Shown: positions 31,542 to 41,802, numbered from the stretch's first letter. The stretch: DNA of 64,000 nt from Leptolyngbyaceae cyanobacterium (GCA_965263355.1 CBDHHL010000032.1:1024001-1088000); one strand, 5' to 3'. A program made the numbers and translations. Notes: generated from the letters alone by a model not told the origin.

Positions 31542-31572
31542 AGTGACTAAAGTCATGTCCTTGCCATGACTT
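31542..31572. promoter_or_regulatory. Candidate operator for the adjacent NarL-type regulator
   Basis: TGAC-TAAA-GTCA palindrome plus CATGACTT half-site between divergent kinase and spy-like gene. Confidence 0.5.
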
Positions 31573-31663
31573 GCTTCCCGAGCAGTAATGACTCCCGTTA
31601 GACGCCACCCATCCTCCCCCCTGGCTAGGATAAGGCCATCGTTAAACACACAACAACACCTCA

Positions 31664-32374
31664 ATGAAATTTTCAACCATGAAACGATGCCTCGGCGGTG
31701 CACTTATGTTAACTGCGTTAGTAGCTACTCCAGCCCTTCTCAAAGCCGGTAGCGCCAAGGCATTACCCCCCGAAGTAGCAGCAGACCTCAATCTCACCCC
31801 CGAACAACAGACAGAGCTAGACGCCATCAAAGAGAACGCTCACACTCAGGTTGAAGCGATTTTGACCGATGACCAACTCGCTGCGCTAGAAGGGACAACA
31901 GGCCGAGAGCGCAGACAGGCCATGCGTAGCCTGGACCTAAATGAGGAACAACGGACCCAGCTACAGGAAGTTCGTGAGTCATCTCGCGCTGCTGCCGATC
32001 AGGTCTTTACCGACGAGCAACGAGCACAACTCCAGGCTATGCGCGCTGATGGTCGCAAAAATCGTCAAGCAGAGTTTGCCGAGGCCCTTAATCTTACACC
32101 AGAGCAACAGGCTGAACTAGACGCTATTAAGGAAAATGCCCGTGCTCAAGCTGCAGAGATCCTGACGGAGGAGCAGCTCGCTACTTTAGAAGGGACAACG
32201 GGTCGAGAGCGCGCACGAGCGATGCGTAACCTGGATCTAAGTGAGGAACAACGGACCCAGCTACAGGAAATTCGTGAGTCATCCCACGCTGCTGTAGATG
32301 AGGTATTGACTGACGAGCAGCTGGCCCAGCTTGAGGAAATGCGCGAAAACCGAGGTAATCGCCGTCGCCGTTAA
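31664..32374 (+). CDS. Spy/CpxP-family periplasmic chaperone, internally duplicated
   Basis: Signal peptide, repeated LTxEQ motifs, two similar halves. Confidence 0.85.
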   Translation: MKFSTMKRCLGGALMLTALVATPALLKAGSAKALPPEVAADLNLTPEQQTELDAIKENAHTQVEAILTDDQLAALEGTTGRERRQAMRSLDLNEEQRTQLQEVRESSRAAADQVFTDEQRAQLQAMRADGRKNRQAEFAEALNLTPEQQAELDAIKENARAQAAEILTEEQLATLEGTTGRERARAMRNLDLSEEQRTQLQEIRESSHAAVDEVLTDEQLAQLEEMRENRGNRRRR

Positions 32375-32437
32375 CGGTCTCAAAAGTTCCATAAAAGTTC
32401 CATCAGGGTAAATCACACAAACTTAGGAATACACCCG

Positions 32438-32466
32438 GCCCAGAGACAAGTATCTCTGGGCTTTTC
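32438..32466 (+). terminator. Intrinsic terminator
   Basis: GCCCAGAGA-CAAGTA-TCTCTGGGC followed by TTTT. Confidence 0.75.
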
Positions 32467-32612
32467 TTGTTTTTGTAGACATTTAGTATTGTGTCAAGCT
32501 CAAGATGTTAGGTAAGACGGTGAATAGTGATTGGTGAATAGTGAGTCGTATTTCGGCATTTTACAGATACCAGCTCCCGAAATGCGACCAGAATTGGTTG
32601 AATATAATTATT

Positions 32613-34739
32613 ATGAGTCACTCTACAATCCACATTTCGATTCAAATCGGCAGCTTAGTTTTACTGTCAGGAGCACCTGGAGCTGGTAAGTCTACGGCAT
32701 GTCAGCAATTACCGTCAGACTTGGTGCTGTCTAGTGATGCGTTGCGGCAAACTTTTTTTGGGACTGCCAAACGGTGGGTGGATGGGCAAGTGGCCGACCG
32801 GCCCCTAGCTACGGATGATCGCCTGATCTTTACCACCCTGGAACATGTGGTGCGGGCAAGGCTCAAGGCTGGTTTGACGACGATTGTGGATGCCACGCTG
32901 ATCAGCGATAAAGAACGTAAACCCTTTGCCACTATTGCTGAGGAGTTAGGGGTACCGGTACAGGTGGTGATTTTTAATCCACCGGTTGAACAGGTCCAAA
33001 AGCAGAATAAGCAACGACGTTGTGTGGTCCCTGAAGATGTGGTAACTAAGTTTTGCGATCGCATCCAACTTACCTCCCACTGGCCCTTTACCCTTACCAA
33101 TGGCAAAACCACTACCCTAGCCATTGACATTCCCACCATCCCAGACACCGCCAAACTAGACGTCATCGGCGATGTTCATGGCCTGCTAGAAACCCTGCAG
33201 ACCATGCTTGACAAACTTGGCTACGACTCCGACCTTAACCATCCCAACGGACGCCAGCTTTGTTTTCTCGGCGACCTGGTTGATCGCGGTCCCCAGTCGT
33301 TAGAAGTCATGGCCCTGATTATGCAAGCGGTTAACCAGGGCCACTATTGCGTACGCGGCAACCACGACAATAATCTGGCCCGAGGACTGCACGGGGACAC
33401 CATCAAAAGCAAATCCACTCGGCAAACGTTGCACAAAGTCCTACAGCGTGACCAAGGGTACCAAACCAGGTTAAAAACCTTTATCCAAGCCTTACCATCC
33501 TTTTATCGCTACCGTAACTATGTTCTGTGCCACGGCGATATCGAATGGTTTGACCCGGTACTACAACCTGCCAATGAGCGAGTATATGGCCGCTGTCGTA
33601 TCCATGAAAACCACGACACCGACGGCATTTTTCGCCATACCAGCGACTTAACTATCGTCCGGGGACATATTCCCCTCACCTCCCCAGGAGAACGCACCTA
33701 TTCTCTGGAAACCGGTGCTGGATTTGGCGGTCCCCTAACCGCCATGCGCCTACCTGAACAGGAGATTGTTAGCGTCCCCTGCGGATTTGACTATAGCCAG
33801 TGTCCCCCTAACTTTGCTAGACAGATGGACGAGCTGGTCTCCCAAAAGCTGGTCAAACGAGTAAACGAAGGCCCACTCACCCTATATAAGTACACCTCTA
33901 AAGCCTTTTTTACCCCCTCCGCCTGGGACAATTATCCCGAGCTAAGACTAGCCCGTGGCATCGTGGTGGGTCTGCATGGGAACCCCGTCAGCCAGCCCTT
34001 TCCCCGCACGTTTAACTATCTTGAAAGAGACACAAAATTACCCCATGACACTGACGTAATCGCGGTCGAAAAACTGAATGGATTTCTAGTCAGCACGTTT
34101 TTGCATCCCTATGATGCCAATCAGGTGGTTGTTACCTGTTCTGGATCGTTTCAGGGAGACTATGTCGAGTATGCTAAATCGTTGCTGTATAAAAATAGTC
34201 TCTATGGTCGAGTATTAGCGTGGCTAAAAGACCACCCAGATACCACCCTACTGTGGGAAGCCATTCACCCTGAGGATCCCCATATTATTCAATATGGGCC
34301 AGATGACTACGGCCTGCATTTGATTGGTGCGGGCATTTTGGGTAAAGGATTTGAACGTGAGGAGGGGTTGGATGCGATCGCAACCACCTTACAAACACCC
34401 CGACCCAGCTGGTTTCCCTGTACGTTTGGAGATGCCATCTCCAAATCCCACCACGTCGAACACGAAGGCTTCATGATCCGCCTCGCCACCGACGGCACCT
34501 TTGCCCTGAAATTAAAAAGCCCCTACTACCTGCGCACCAAGTTTCTCGCCCGAATGACTCCCAAAAAGGCCAAGTTTATGTACGCTCAGCCACAGAAATT
34601 TAAACAAGAACTCGACGAAGCCTTTTGGCCCCTGGTTGATACAGTTACCAGCCAAGTTACCCAAGACACCTGGCTTACCTGGACCGACATCGAACGCCGC
34701 GATTTCATCCAAAACTGGATGAAAGAATTCTATCAATAA
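32613..34739 (+). CDS. Polynucleotide kinase - metallophosphoesterase - Rnl1-type RNA ligase fusion
   Basis: GAPGAGKST/SDALR/DAT kinase; GDVHG, GDLVDRG, GNHD phosphoesterase; EKLNG, HEGFM, LKLKS ligase motifs. Confidence 0.88.
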   Translation: MSHSTIHISIQIGSLVLLSGAPGAGKSTACQQLPSDLVLSSDALRQTFFGTAKRWVDGQVADRPLATDDRLIFTTLEHVVRARLKAGLTTIVDATLISDKERKPFATIAEELGVPVQVVIFNPPVEQVQKQNKQRRCVVPEDVVTKFCDRIQLTSHWPFTLTNGKTTTLAIDIPTIPDTAKLDVIGDVHGLLETLQTMLDKLGYDSDLNHPNGRQLCFLGDLVDRGPQSLEVMALIMQAVNQGHYCVRGNHDNNLARGLHGDTIKSKSTRQTLHKVLQRDQGYQTRLKTFIQALPSFYRYRNYVLCHGDIEWFDPVLQPANERVYGRCRIHENHDTDGIFRHTSDLTIVRGHIPLTSPGERTYSLETGAGFGGPLTAMRLPEQEIVSVPCGFDYSQCPPNFARQMDELVSQKLVKRVNEGPLTLYKYTSKAFFTPSAWDNYPELRLARGIVVGLHGNPVSQPFPRTFNYLERDTKLPHDTDVIAVEKLNGFLVSTFLHPYDANQVVVTCSGSFQGDYVEYAKSLLYKNSLYGRVLAWLKDHPDTTLLWEAIHPEDPHIIQYGPDDYGLHLIGAGILGKGFEREEGLDAIATTLQTPRPSWFPCTFGDAISKSHHVEHEGFMIRLATDGTFALKLKSPYYLRTKFLARMTPKKAKFMYAQPQKFKQELDEAFWPLVDTVTSQVTQDTWLTWTDIERRDFIQNWMKEFYQ

Positions 34740-34770
34740 CCCTTGAAATCTCTAGGGCAAACTTAAACAT

Positions 34771-34834
34771 CTCCTAAGCTCCTAAGCTCCTAAGCTCCTA
34801 AGCTCCTAAGCTCCTAAGCTCCTAAGCTCCTAAG
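34771..34834. repeat. Perfect octamer tandem repeat (CTCCTAAG)x8
   Basis: Counted directly in the sequence. Confidence 0.95.
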
Positions 34835-35223
34835 CCTGTTCTAGCCCCGACAGGAAGCTTTGGAGATCAGTCCTGAAAACTTCCATGCATTCTCCTAGCT
34901 GACCAGACAGCTCTTTAACTCGATCATGTTCCAAATCAAATGAATAATGACTACGAACAACGTGACGAAGACGAGGCTCTAGCCCCAAACCGCTAAATCA
35001 ATATCCGAATGATCGGTCATGTGTTCTGGCTCTAGCAATGAACCAAATAAAACCACCTTTGTAACCGAAAACTCTTGCTTGAGACATATAGCCATTTGAC
35101 GAGCTACCTCTAGCCCTTCTTGCTAACGCTGCTTCATCGGCACCAACCTTCTGCCTTCATCGCACGGGCAGCCAAAACACGCTGTACAATCTGCTGTTGC
35201 CGTTGCGCAGAGACAGAAACCAT
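34830..35223 (-). pseudogene. Decayed MNT (nucleotidyltransferase) - HEPN toxin-antitoxin pair
   Basis: Manual translation: KVVLFGSLLEPEHMTDHSDIDLAVWG* (GS..DxD), preceded by a frameshift and a stop, then LRHVVRSHYSFDLEHDRVKEL...LEQA* (HEPN-like tail). Confidence 0.75.
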
Positions 35224-35384
35224 CGAACTATGAAAACAATCAACTTCCCCCTAGTCTAACTAACCTAATAGCCAGACAATACATTCACCAATGTAAGTTT
35301 AATTTTGCCCCAAGCTTTATGCACAAGGTATACAAGTAGTAAAAGCAACCTAGCAACTATGCAGTCCAAAGCCATAGGATAATC

Positions 35385-35891
35385 ATGACCAGCCCGAGTA
35401 ATCAAGTGCCTGGGACGCCCCCCCCCTCTACCAAAGTTGCTGCCGTCCCAGAGCCCATAGAGAAAGGAACGCTGTATGACAATGATTTTATGGCCTGGTG
35501 TGAATATCAGGCTGAGGCATTACGGGCAAAAGATTTCGGCAATCTAGATCTGGCAAACTTAATTGAGGAAATCAGTGACATGGGGCGCGAGCAGTTTAAC
35601 AAAACCGCCTCCTTAACCCGCCAAATCATTATCCATATCCTCAAATTACAGGCTTTCCCAAACGATCAAGCCACTGAACACTGGCGCGAAGAAATTGAAG
35701 CTTTTCAAGATACCCTTGACGACATTGTCAGCGGCTCCATCCGCTATCGCTTTCAACAACAAGAAACCTTTGCCACCCAACAAGCCAAAGCCCTAAAACG
35801 CCTCCAACGCAAATATCCTGATACTGATTTTCACCCCCTAGCCCCTATGACCCTCGATCAAATCATTACCTGGCCTGAAGCAAATAATTAG
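35385..35891 (+). CDS. DUF29 family protein
   Basis: LYDNDFMAW..QAEALR...LDLANLIEEI.DMG...HILKL. Confidence 0.88.
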   Translation: MTSPSNQVPGTPPPSTKVAAVPEPIEKGTLYDNDFMAWCEYQAEALRAKDFGNLDLANLIEEISDMGREQFNKTASLTRQIIIHILKLQAFPNDQATEHWREEIEAFQDTLDDIVSGSIRYRFQQQETFATQQAKALKRLQRKYPDTDFHPLAPMTLDQIITWPEANN

Positions 35892-36189
35892 ACCATAGCG
35901 TTGCTAAAGCTACCCAAAGTAAGTAGCAGCCAAAGAGCCCAGAAGTGTATATCTAAGCAATCAATACACTCCAAGGCATTAACTCCAAAAATTCCAGAAG
36001 GATATGCCTTTTTTTATCTCCTATTCCGTACACTAGAAATAGCTATAACTCGGGTATCCACTCAAGCCGGGAAATTCTGGTTAAGTAGGAATCTAGAATC
36101 CAGGAGCCAGAATTTAGAAGGGATATGGCTTCTGGCTCCTGACTTCTGACGTCTATCCTTAGGAAAACTTCCTGCTTTAAATTGGTACC

Positions 36190-37533
36190 CTATAACTCCT
36201 CCTTAAATCGTAGAAAGGATGAAAAAAATGTCGGATTAATATCTAAGTTCTTCATAACGATGATAACCAGCCATATGTTCCACAGTATGAGTGTTCCGGT
36301 CGTCGTTATTGCCGCCCCCACGGTTCCCCACAGTGGAATGAAAAGCGCATTTAAAGCTAGATTTGTGAGTGCCGTGATCCCAGAAACCTGCATAAGCTGC
36401 TTCTGATAGCCTGTAACCGACAGTAAGTTACCCACTGATCCGCTTAGCGCATTGGTCAAATGACCAAAAACTAAAATTCGGAGTTCCCAGGTTGCAGATT
36501 GAAAGTCTGGCCCAAATAACCCAAGAACTTGCCGGGGAAAGAGGAGAAGGCAAACTGAGATAACAACAGAAGAACAGAAAATCCAAAGCGTGACTTGAGA
36601 GATTAGATCCTGCAAGCCTTTGCGATCTCCTTGCACATGAAATATTGAAAAGGCAGGCGCAACCACAATATTGACACCTTGCAAGACAAAACTACTCCAG
36701 AGGGCTGTCTTTGCCGCAGGGCTATAAATGCCCACAGCACCTGCCCCTAGAAAAGCACCCAACATCAGGGCATCAGTTTGAGTCAAAAGTTCCCGGAAGG
36801 CCCGATACAGAAGTAGCGGTAGGGCAACGCTTAGCCAGTAGCGGCGCTCATAAGCGGGTAGAGCTGGTGGGGCGTTTTGATCCGAATTCCACCAAATTAA
36901 GCCTCCCTGAAGTGAAATCACGACAGCTAGTGTCGCTAGCGAAACCTCTACAGCCGGAAAACTAGAGAGGTGATACTGAAAATTCAATAAACCAAATCCT
37001 GCAGCTATAACAAGTAATGGCCACACGATTCGAGTCGGAATATAGGCCAGTAACAAATTGTCGATACCCCGCCCCATATCCTCTTGAATAAGAACAAGCG
37101 CCTGTAGTGGAACTAACCAAATACCAATCAAAAGTAAGTGAGCAGATGAGAACGGATGATAGTGGTCAATCTCTATAATCAGTCCTGTTCCAATCATGCA
37201 GATGAGTAGCCCTGCAGCTAGGGTAAATTGCCAACCGCTCAGCAACACACCACGTAGCAAACCCCACTCTTGTTTAACTCGGTATTCTGATATAAACCGA
37301 ACGGTAGCACGAGGTAAGCCCAAGCTAGCAGGCACTGCTAGAAATAATGACCATGTCAGCACATATTCATATAGCCCGTACTCAGTTCTTCCCATCCAGC
37401 GAGCCAAGAAGACCTGAAGCAGATAAGTCAATAAAAGCCCAAGGAGATGAATGGATAGAGCGACAATGCTCCCCTTTACTAAACTTGGTATGCTAGTGCT
37501 TTGTTGAGTATTTACTAATGATGGGGATGTCAT
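36190..37533 (-). CDS. Wzx/MATE-type polysaccharide flippase
   Basis: LARWMG..EYG, TDALMLG...VGIY, LNALFIP.WG..GAA motifs; many TM helices. Confidence 0.88.
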   Translation of the reverse strand: MTSPSLVNTQQSTSIPSLVKGSIVALSIHLLGLLLTYLLQVFLARWMGRTEYGLYEYVLTWSLFLAVPASLGLPRATVRFISEYRVKQEWGLLRGVLLSGWQFTLAAGLLICMIGTGLIIEIDHYHPFSSAHLLLIGIWLVPLQALVLIQEDMGRGIDNLLLAYIPTRIVWPLLVIAAGFGLLNFQYHLSSFPAVEVSLATLAVVISLQGGLIWWNSDQNAPPALPAYERRYWLSVALPLLLYRAFRELLTQTDALMLGAFLGAGAVGIYSPAAKTALWSSFVLQGVNIVVAPAFSIFHVQGDRKGLQDLISQVTLWIFCSSVVISVCLLLFPRQVLGLFGPDFQSATWELRILVFGHLTNALSGSVGNLLSVTGYQKQLMQVSGITALTNLALNALFIPLWGTVGAAITTTGTLILWNIWLVIIVMKNLDINPTFFSSFLRFKEEL

Positions 37534-37839
37534 GCGTTCTTAAAGGATGTTGAGTTCTGGTTATCTATGGATATCAATCACGTTAAACGTGGGAAGCGAT
37601 TTCAGGCCAGACCTCAAGGCTCTCGATTGTTGGAAACGAAGTAATTTTCTGAGGAACCCGAACGCAACAAAAGCTTAACTGCTTCCGTAAGGGATTCGAG
37701 CCAACTAATCAAGATCTAATAAACAACGTACCGTTTGGCATTGCTGCTAGACCATTGGAGTGAGCTTTTCTCAGCTCGTCTTCGTCCACATCAGCATCTT
37801 TCAGATTGGCATTTCCGAGTTTGATTGCTGAACAAATAA

Positions 37840-37915
37840 CTATGCTCTGCATTACTTAATATAAGCCATCGTTGCCTCAACTTGTTGTATGGCATCACCA
37901 TAACAGTAATCTGGA
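37840..37915 (-). pseudogene. Degenerate 3' remnant of a paralogue of the adjacent lyase
   Basis: PDYCYGDAIQQVEATMAYIK*CRA versus PEHYYGDAIEQVDATIAYIKQCRA at the end of 37975-39378. Confidence 0.75.
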
Positions 37916-37974
37916 GCCGATGGAGGATTGCACAGGCCAAAGTGGAATATCATCTGCTATTCATAGAGATGCTT

Positions 37975-39378
37975 TTATGGAATGGTAGCTCCAGCTGATG
38001 CTATTGCTGACTTGGCTCGGCATTGCTTGATGTAGGCAATTGTGGCATCCACTTGTTCTATTGCATCACCGTAATAATGCTCCGGATTTGTCATCTCATT
38101 AATTTCTGTTGGCGTCAAATACTGCTGCACCAACTCACTTTCTAATAGTACTTGCTGCAACGAAGATTGCTGCTTTAGTGCTTGCATGGATAGATCCCGC
38201 ACCAACTTATGAGCCGTTACTTTTTTGCCAGTCTTTTTCCACAGGCTTAACATGACGGCTTCTGCCATCGCTAAACCATGGGTTAAATTAAGGTTATGGC
38301 GCATTCTTTCTTCATTGACGCGCAAGTTGCTAAGGATGTAGTTGGCCTTCTCTAACCCAGCTGCCGTCAGCAAGAAATTATCTGCAATGCATTTGAATGA
38401 TGGTGCCATCCGTGTAGCGTCTCGCTCACCTAGAATTGTAATGCTAGATAGGGCAGATGCATTCCCTTGCGCAATCTTTGCTAAGCCATCCAACCACTCA
38501 CTCGCCTCAGGATTTCGCTTATTGGGCATTGTACTGGATGAATACTGCGAGGCTAAATCCCATGGTTCCTCAACTTCTCGAATTTCTTCGGCGTTGAGAT
38601 AGCGGATATTCAGCCCAATTTTGGCTAGGGATGTCATGATGTTGGCTAACACGTAGCCAATCTCTGCTAAACGATCTGTCCGAGTCTGAATATCGATGGG
38701 AGAATGGGCTAAACCCATTCTTTGACTCGCTTGTTTCACAAACTGCTGAGTCTTTTTGAAGCCAAATAGATAAATCCAGGAATTGCGAGTTCCTACCGCA
38801 GCTGTCAACTTGGCTCGAAATAAGCGAGGTGAAATCTCTTTTAGTCGGTCAATGTGGTCTCGAATCTCATAGGCCCAGCTAGCCAATGTGAACCCAAAGG
38901 TTAAAGGGACAGCGTGCTGAGCGTGAGTTCGCCCCATCATGACCGTTTGCTTATAACGTTCTGCCTGGATAATCAGCGTGAGTTCTAGGGCATCTAGCTG
39001 CCCCAGAATGACATCATAGGCTTCTCTCATTTGCAAGGTAAGACCTGTTAGCAAGATATCTTGTGTTGTTGCTCCCAGATGGTAATATTCTCCGGCTGGG
39101 CCACACATTTCTGCAAAGGCTTTAACGAGTGAAACACCTAAGTGTTTTGTTTGAGCAAATACTTCACCAATCATCTCAGGAGACAAATCATTTACGGAAG
39201 ACTTACTGGCAATTTCATCTCCAATTTCTGCAGGAATTAGACCCATCTCAGTCATTTCCATTACCATGGCTTTTTCGCAGTCTAGCCACTTCTGAACCAT
39301 GTTTTCTTCACTCCAGATCTGCCTCATCTCAGGAGTCCCATAGGAATTCTGGAAGAGGATATGGTTATGAATAGGCAT
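37975..39378 (-). CDS. Adenylosuccinate lyase / fumarase superfamily enzyme (divergent)
   Basis: HLGATTQD, GRTHAQHA, SSTMPNKRNP. Confidence 0.88.
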   Translation of the reverse strand: MPIHNHILFQNSYGTPEMRQIWSEENMVQKWLDCEKAMVMEMTEMGLIPAEIGDEIASKSSVNDLSPEMIGEVFAQTKHLGVSLVKAFAEMCGPAGEYYHLGATTQDILLTGLTLQMREAYDVILGQLDALELTLIIQAERYKQTVMMGRTHAQHAVPLTFGFTLASWAYEIRDHIDRLKEISPRLFRAKLTAAVGTRNSWIYLFGFKKTQQFVKQASQRMGLAHSPIDIQTRTDRLAEIGYVLANIMTSLAKIGLNIRYLNAEEIREVEEPWDLASQYSSSTMPNKRNPEASEWLDGLAKIAQGNASALSSITILGERDATRMAPSFKCIADNFLLTAAGLEKANYILSNLRVNEERMRHNLNLTHGLAMAEAVMLSLWKKTGKKVTAHKLVRDLSMQALKQQSSLQQVLLESELVQQYLTPTEINEMTNPEHYYGDAIEQVDATIAYIKQCRAKSAIASAGATIP

Positions 39379-39744
39379 ATGTAAAACACCGGTTATTAGC
39401 TCAGGGAAATACTAGGAGAGTGTAACAAAGAATTGTGTTTCATGGGTTACACACGATACAAAGAGAATATCAAAAAGTTTGGGAAAGCTGGAATCGCCTC
39501 GACAGCAAACTCAGAAGCATCTCCACTGGTACCTACATAGACCACTTCGTGATGGTGAACCACATAGCAAACAGAATTATTAAGTGTAATAATTGTGGCC
39601 GGTAATTCGTCACAGATCCTCAAATGTAGACAATAAAGGCAACAGACTCCCCCAACCTCGTACAAGGCTTAGCATAATGGATCGCACCGTAACCACTCTA
39701 TCGACCACCTAAATCCGCAAAAACCTAAGCCAATACGTAAGCCC

Positions 39745-40125
39745 TCAAGACATTACAGTAGTAAGCTGTTCCATCCATGTCTTAGAACCGTAAACACCAC
39801 AAAATAAATTATGAACACCGAAGTCTTCATCTAGTTTCGGCCAATGTAAATTAGTTCCCAATGGAGATAGTTCAATTTCTGATAAATCATCATCAGATGC
39901 TCCAGCAAGACCCTGTAAATTATCCACAGATATAATTAATTCAGCACCTAGAGTAGGTAGATATAATACGAAGCTTTTGTAATCCCCTTTTACCTCAAGC
40001 AATTTAAATGTGGTGGCATCTATCTTGAACTCAACGCTGTCCTTGAACACATGTACATGGATAGGCTCATAATCGTTCGTACGAACTATTTCCCTAAATC
40101 CATTTTCCCTAAATACCGTAGGCAT
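39745..40125 (-). pseudogene. In-frame DUF4160-DUF2442 chimera (collapsed TA-like pair)
   Basis: N-terminal MPTVFRENGF...EPIHVHV (DUF4160-like); C-terminal LQGLAGAS..DL.EIELSP.G..LHWP.LD.D (DUF2442-like). Confidence 0.65.
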
Positions 40126-40165
40126 TGTCTACCTCAGTGCCTTTTCCAATCGTAATCTGATAAAT

Positions 40166-41347
40166 ATGCCATACCAACCCGTTCCCTTTAAAACCCAAAA
40201 ACCCGTCCTTTCCTGGGCGAACCACGATCTCAGCTCCAAAGAGATCCAAATGGCCAAAAACGTCGCCTCCCTACCCTTCGTTTATAAGCACGTCGCCCTT
40301 ATGCCCGACGTGCATCTAGGCAAAGGAGCCCTCGTCGGCTCCGTCGTTGCCACCGAAGACGCCCTAGTTCCTGCTGCTGTCGGCGTCGACATCGGCTGCG
40401 GCATGTGCGCTATCCAAACTCCCTATAAGAGTAAAAAACTCGACGGCAAACTCAAAAAAATCCGCAAAGAAATCGAAGCTACCATTCCCACCGGCTTTGA
40501 AAGCAACAAGAAAGTGGGTAAATCCGTCTATAACTGGCAAGGCTGGCGCAGCTTTAAAGACCTGCATAAAGGTGTGCAGCATCTAGAAAACAAAGCCCTC
40601 AGCCAAATGGGTTCCCTCGGCGGCGGCAACCACTTTATCGAAGTGTGTATCGACACCGAAGACACTGTCTGGCTGATGCTCCATTCCGGTTCCCGCAACA
40701 TCGGCAATATGTTAGCCAAAAATCACATCAGCACTGCCAAAAACCTGCAAAAGCTAGCCAACCAAAAACTGCCGGACCCCGATCTCTCCTATTTTGTCGC
40801 CGGTACCGAAGAATTTCGTAGCTATTGGAACGACCTACAATGGGCCCAAGCCTACGCCCTACAAAACCGCGAAGAAATGATGGCTCGCTTTAAGCACATC
40901 ATCGAAAAACATCTCGGTGGTGGCAAACCCTTTAAACCAGTGCTGGCCGTCAACTGCCACCACAATTACGCCGAAAAAGAACAACACTTTGGCCGCGATC
41001 TCTACGTTACCCGCAAAGGAGCCGTCCGAGCCCGCACCACCGACTATGGCATCATCCCCGGTTCCATGGGCACCAAGTCCTATATCGTCAAAGGCAAAGG
41101 CAATCACGACAGCTATTGCTCCTGCAGCCACGGGGCTGGTCGCGTCATGTCCCGTAGCAAGGCGAAGGATACCTACACCCTAGATGACCTGATCGAACAG
41201 ACAGCAGGCGTAGAATGTCGCAAGGATAGAGGCGTCATCGACGAAATCCCAGCAGCCTATAAATCTATTGACGAGGTTATGGCTAATCAGCAGGATTTGG
41301 TGGAAGTGGTGGCTACGTTAAAACAAGTCATCTGCGTCAAGGGTTAA
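40166..41347 (+). CDS. rtcB: RtcB RNA 3'-phosphate/5'-OH ligase
   Basis: MPDVH, GVDIGCG, GGNHFIE, HSGSR, HHNY, IPGSMG, SHGAGR, DEIPAAYK. Confidence 0.96.
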   Translation: MPYQPVPFKTQKPVLSWANHDLSSKEIQMAKNVASLPFVYKHVALMPDVHLGKGALVGSVVATEDALVPAAVGVDIGCGMCAIQTPYKSKKLDGKLKKIRKEIEATIPTGFESNKKVGKSVYNWQGWRSFKDLHKGVQHLENKALSQMGSLGGGNHFIEVCIDTEDTVWLMLHSGSRNIGNMLAKNHISTAKNLQKLANQKLPDPDLSYFVAGTEEFRSYWNDLQWAQAYALQNREEMMARFKHIIEKHLGGGKPFKPVLAVNCHHNYAEKEQHFGRDLYVTRKGAVRARTTDYGIIPGSMGTKSYIVKGKGNHDSYCSCSHGAGRVMSRSKAKDTYTLDDLIEQTAGVECRKDRGVIDEIPAAYKSIDEVMANQQDLVEVVATLKQVICVKG

Positions 41348-41454
41348 GGCGCAACGTTACACTGTTTATTAATCGCGCCAGAAAATACAATGTCTATTTT
41401 TATATTGAGATTACAGAACATACCTACACTACCCAAGTAAACGCACTAGCCTCA

Positions 41455-41802
41455 GTGACTAAACAATTGCGTCAGGCAGGCCATAAAATTTCTATTGATG
41501 ACTTTGGAGTAGGATACTCATCCCTGACTAGCCTCATAGCATTTAATGCCGATGAAATTAAGCTAGATCGTAAATTGCTAGTACCACCAGAAGGTGAAGT
41601 GGAAAGAGGGCGAATACTCATAAAATCTAGCATTCATATGTGTCATGAGCTAGGATTTTCCGTAGTGGCAGAAGGTGTAGAAACGCGATCGCAACTAAGC
41701 TTTTTACAAAGCTGTCAAGTAGACTGCATCCAAGGGCACTACTTAGGAAAACCGATGCCCCAGCGCAGATTGCTAATCTGTTTGTTCATACTGCCTAAGT
41801 AG
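41455..41802 (+). pseudogene. C-terminal EAL-domain fragment
   Basis: IDDFGVGYSSL, IKLDR, VAEGVE, QGHY present; N-terminal ExL part absent. Confidence 0.75.

Noticed and set aside
37975..39378. Gene symbol purB
   Set aside because: Superfamily motifs only; sequence and context unlike housekeeping cyanobacterial purB
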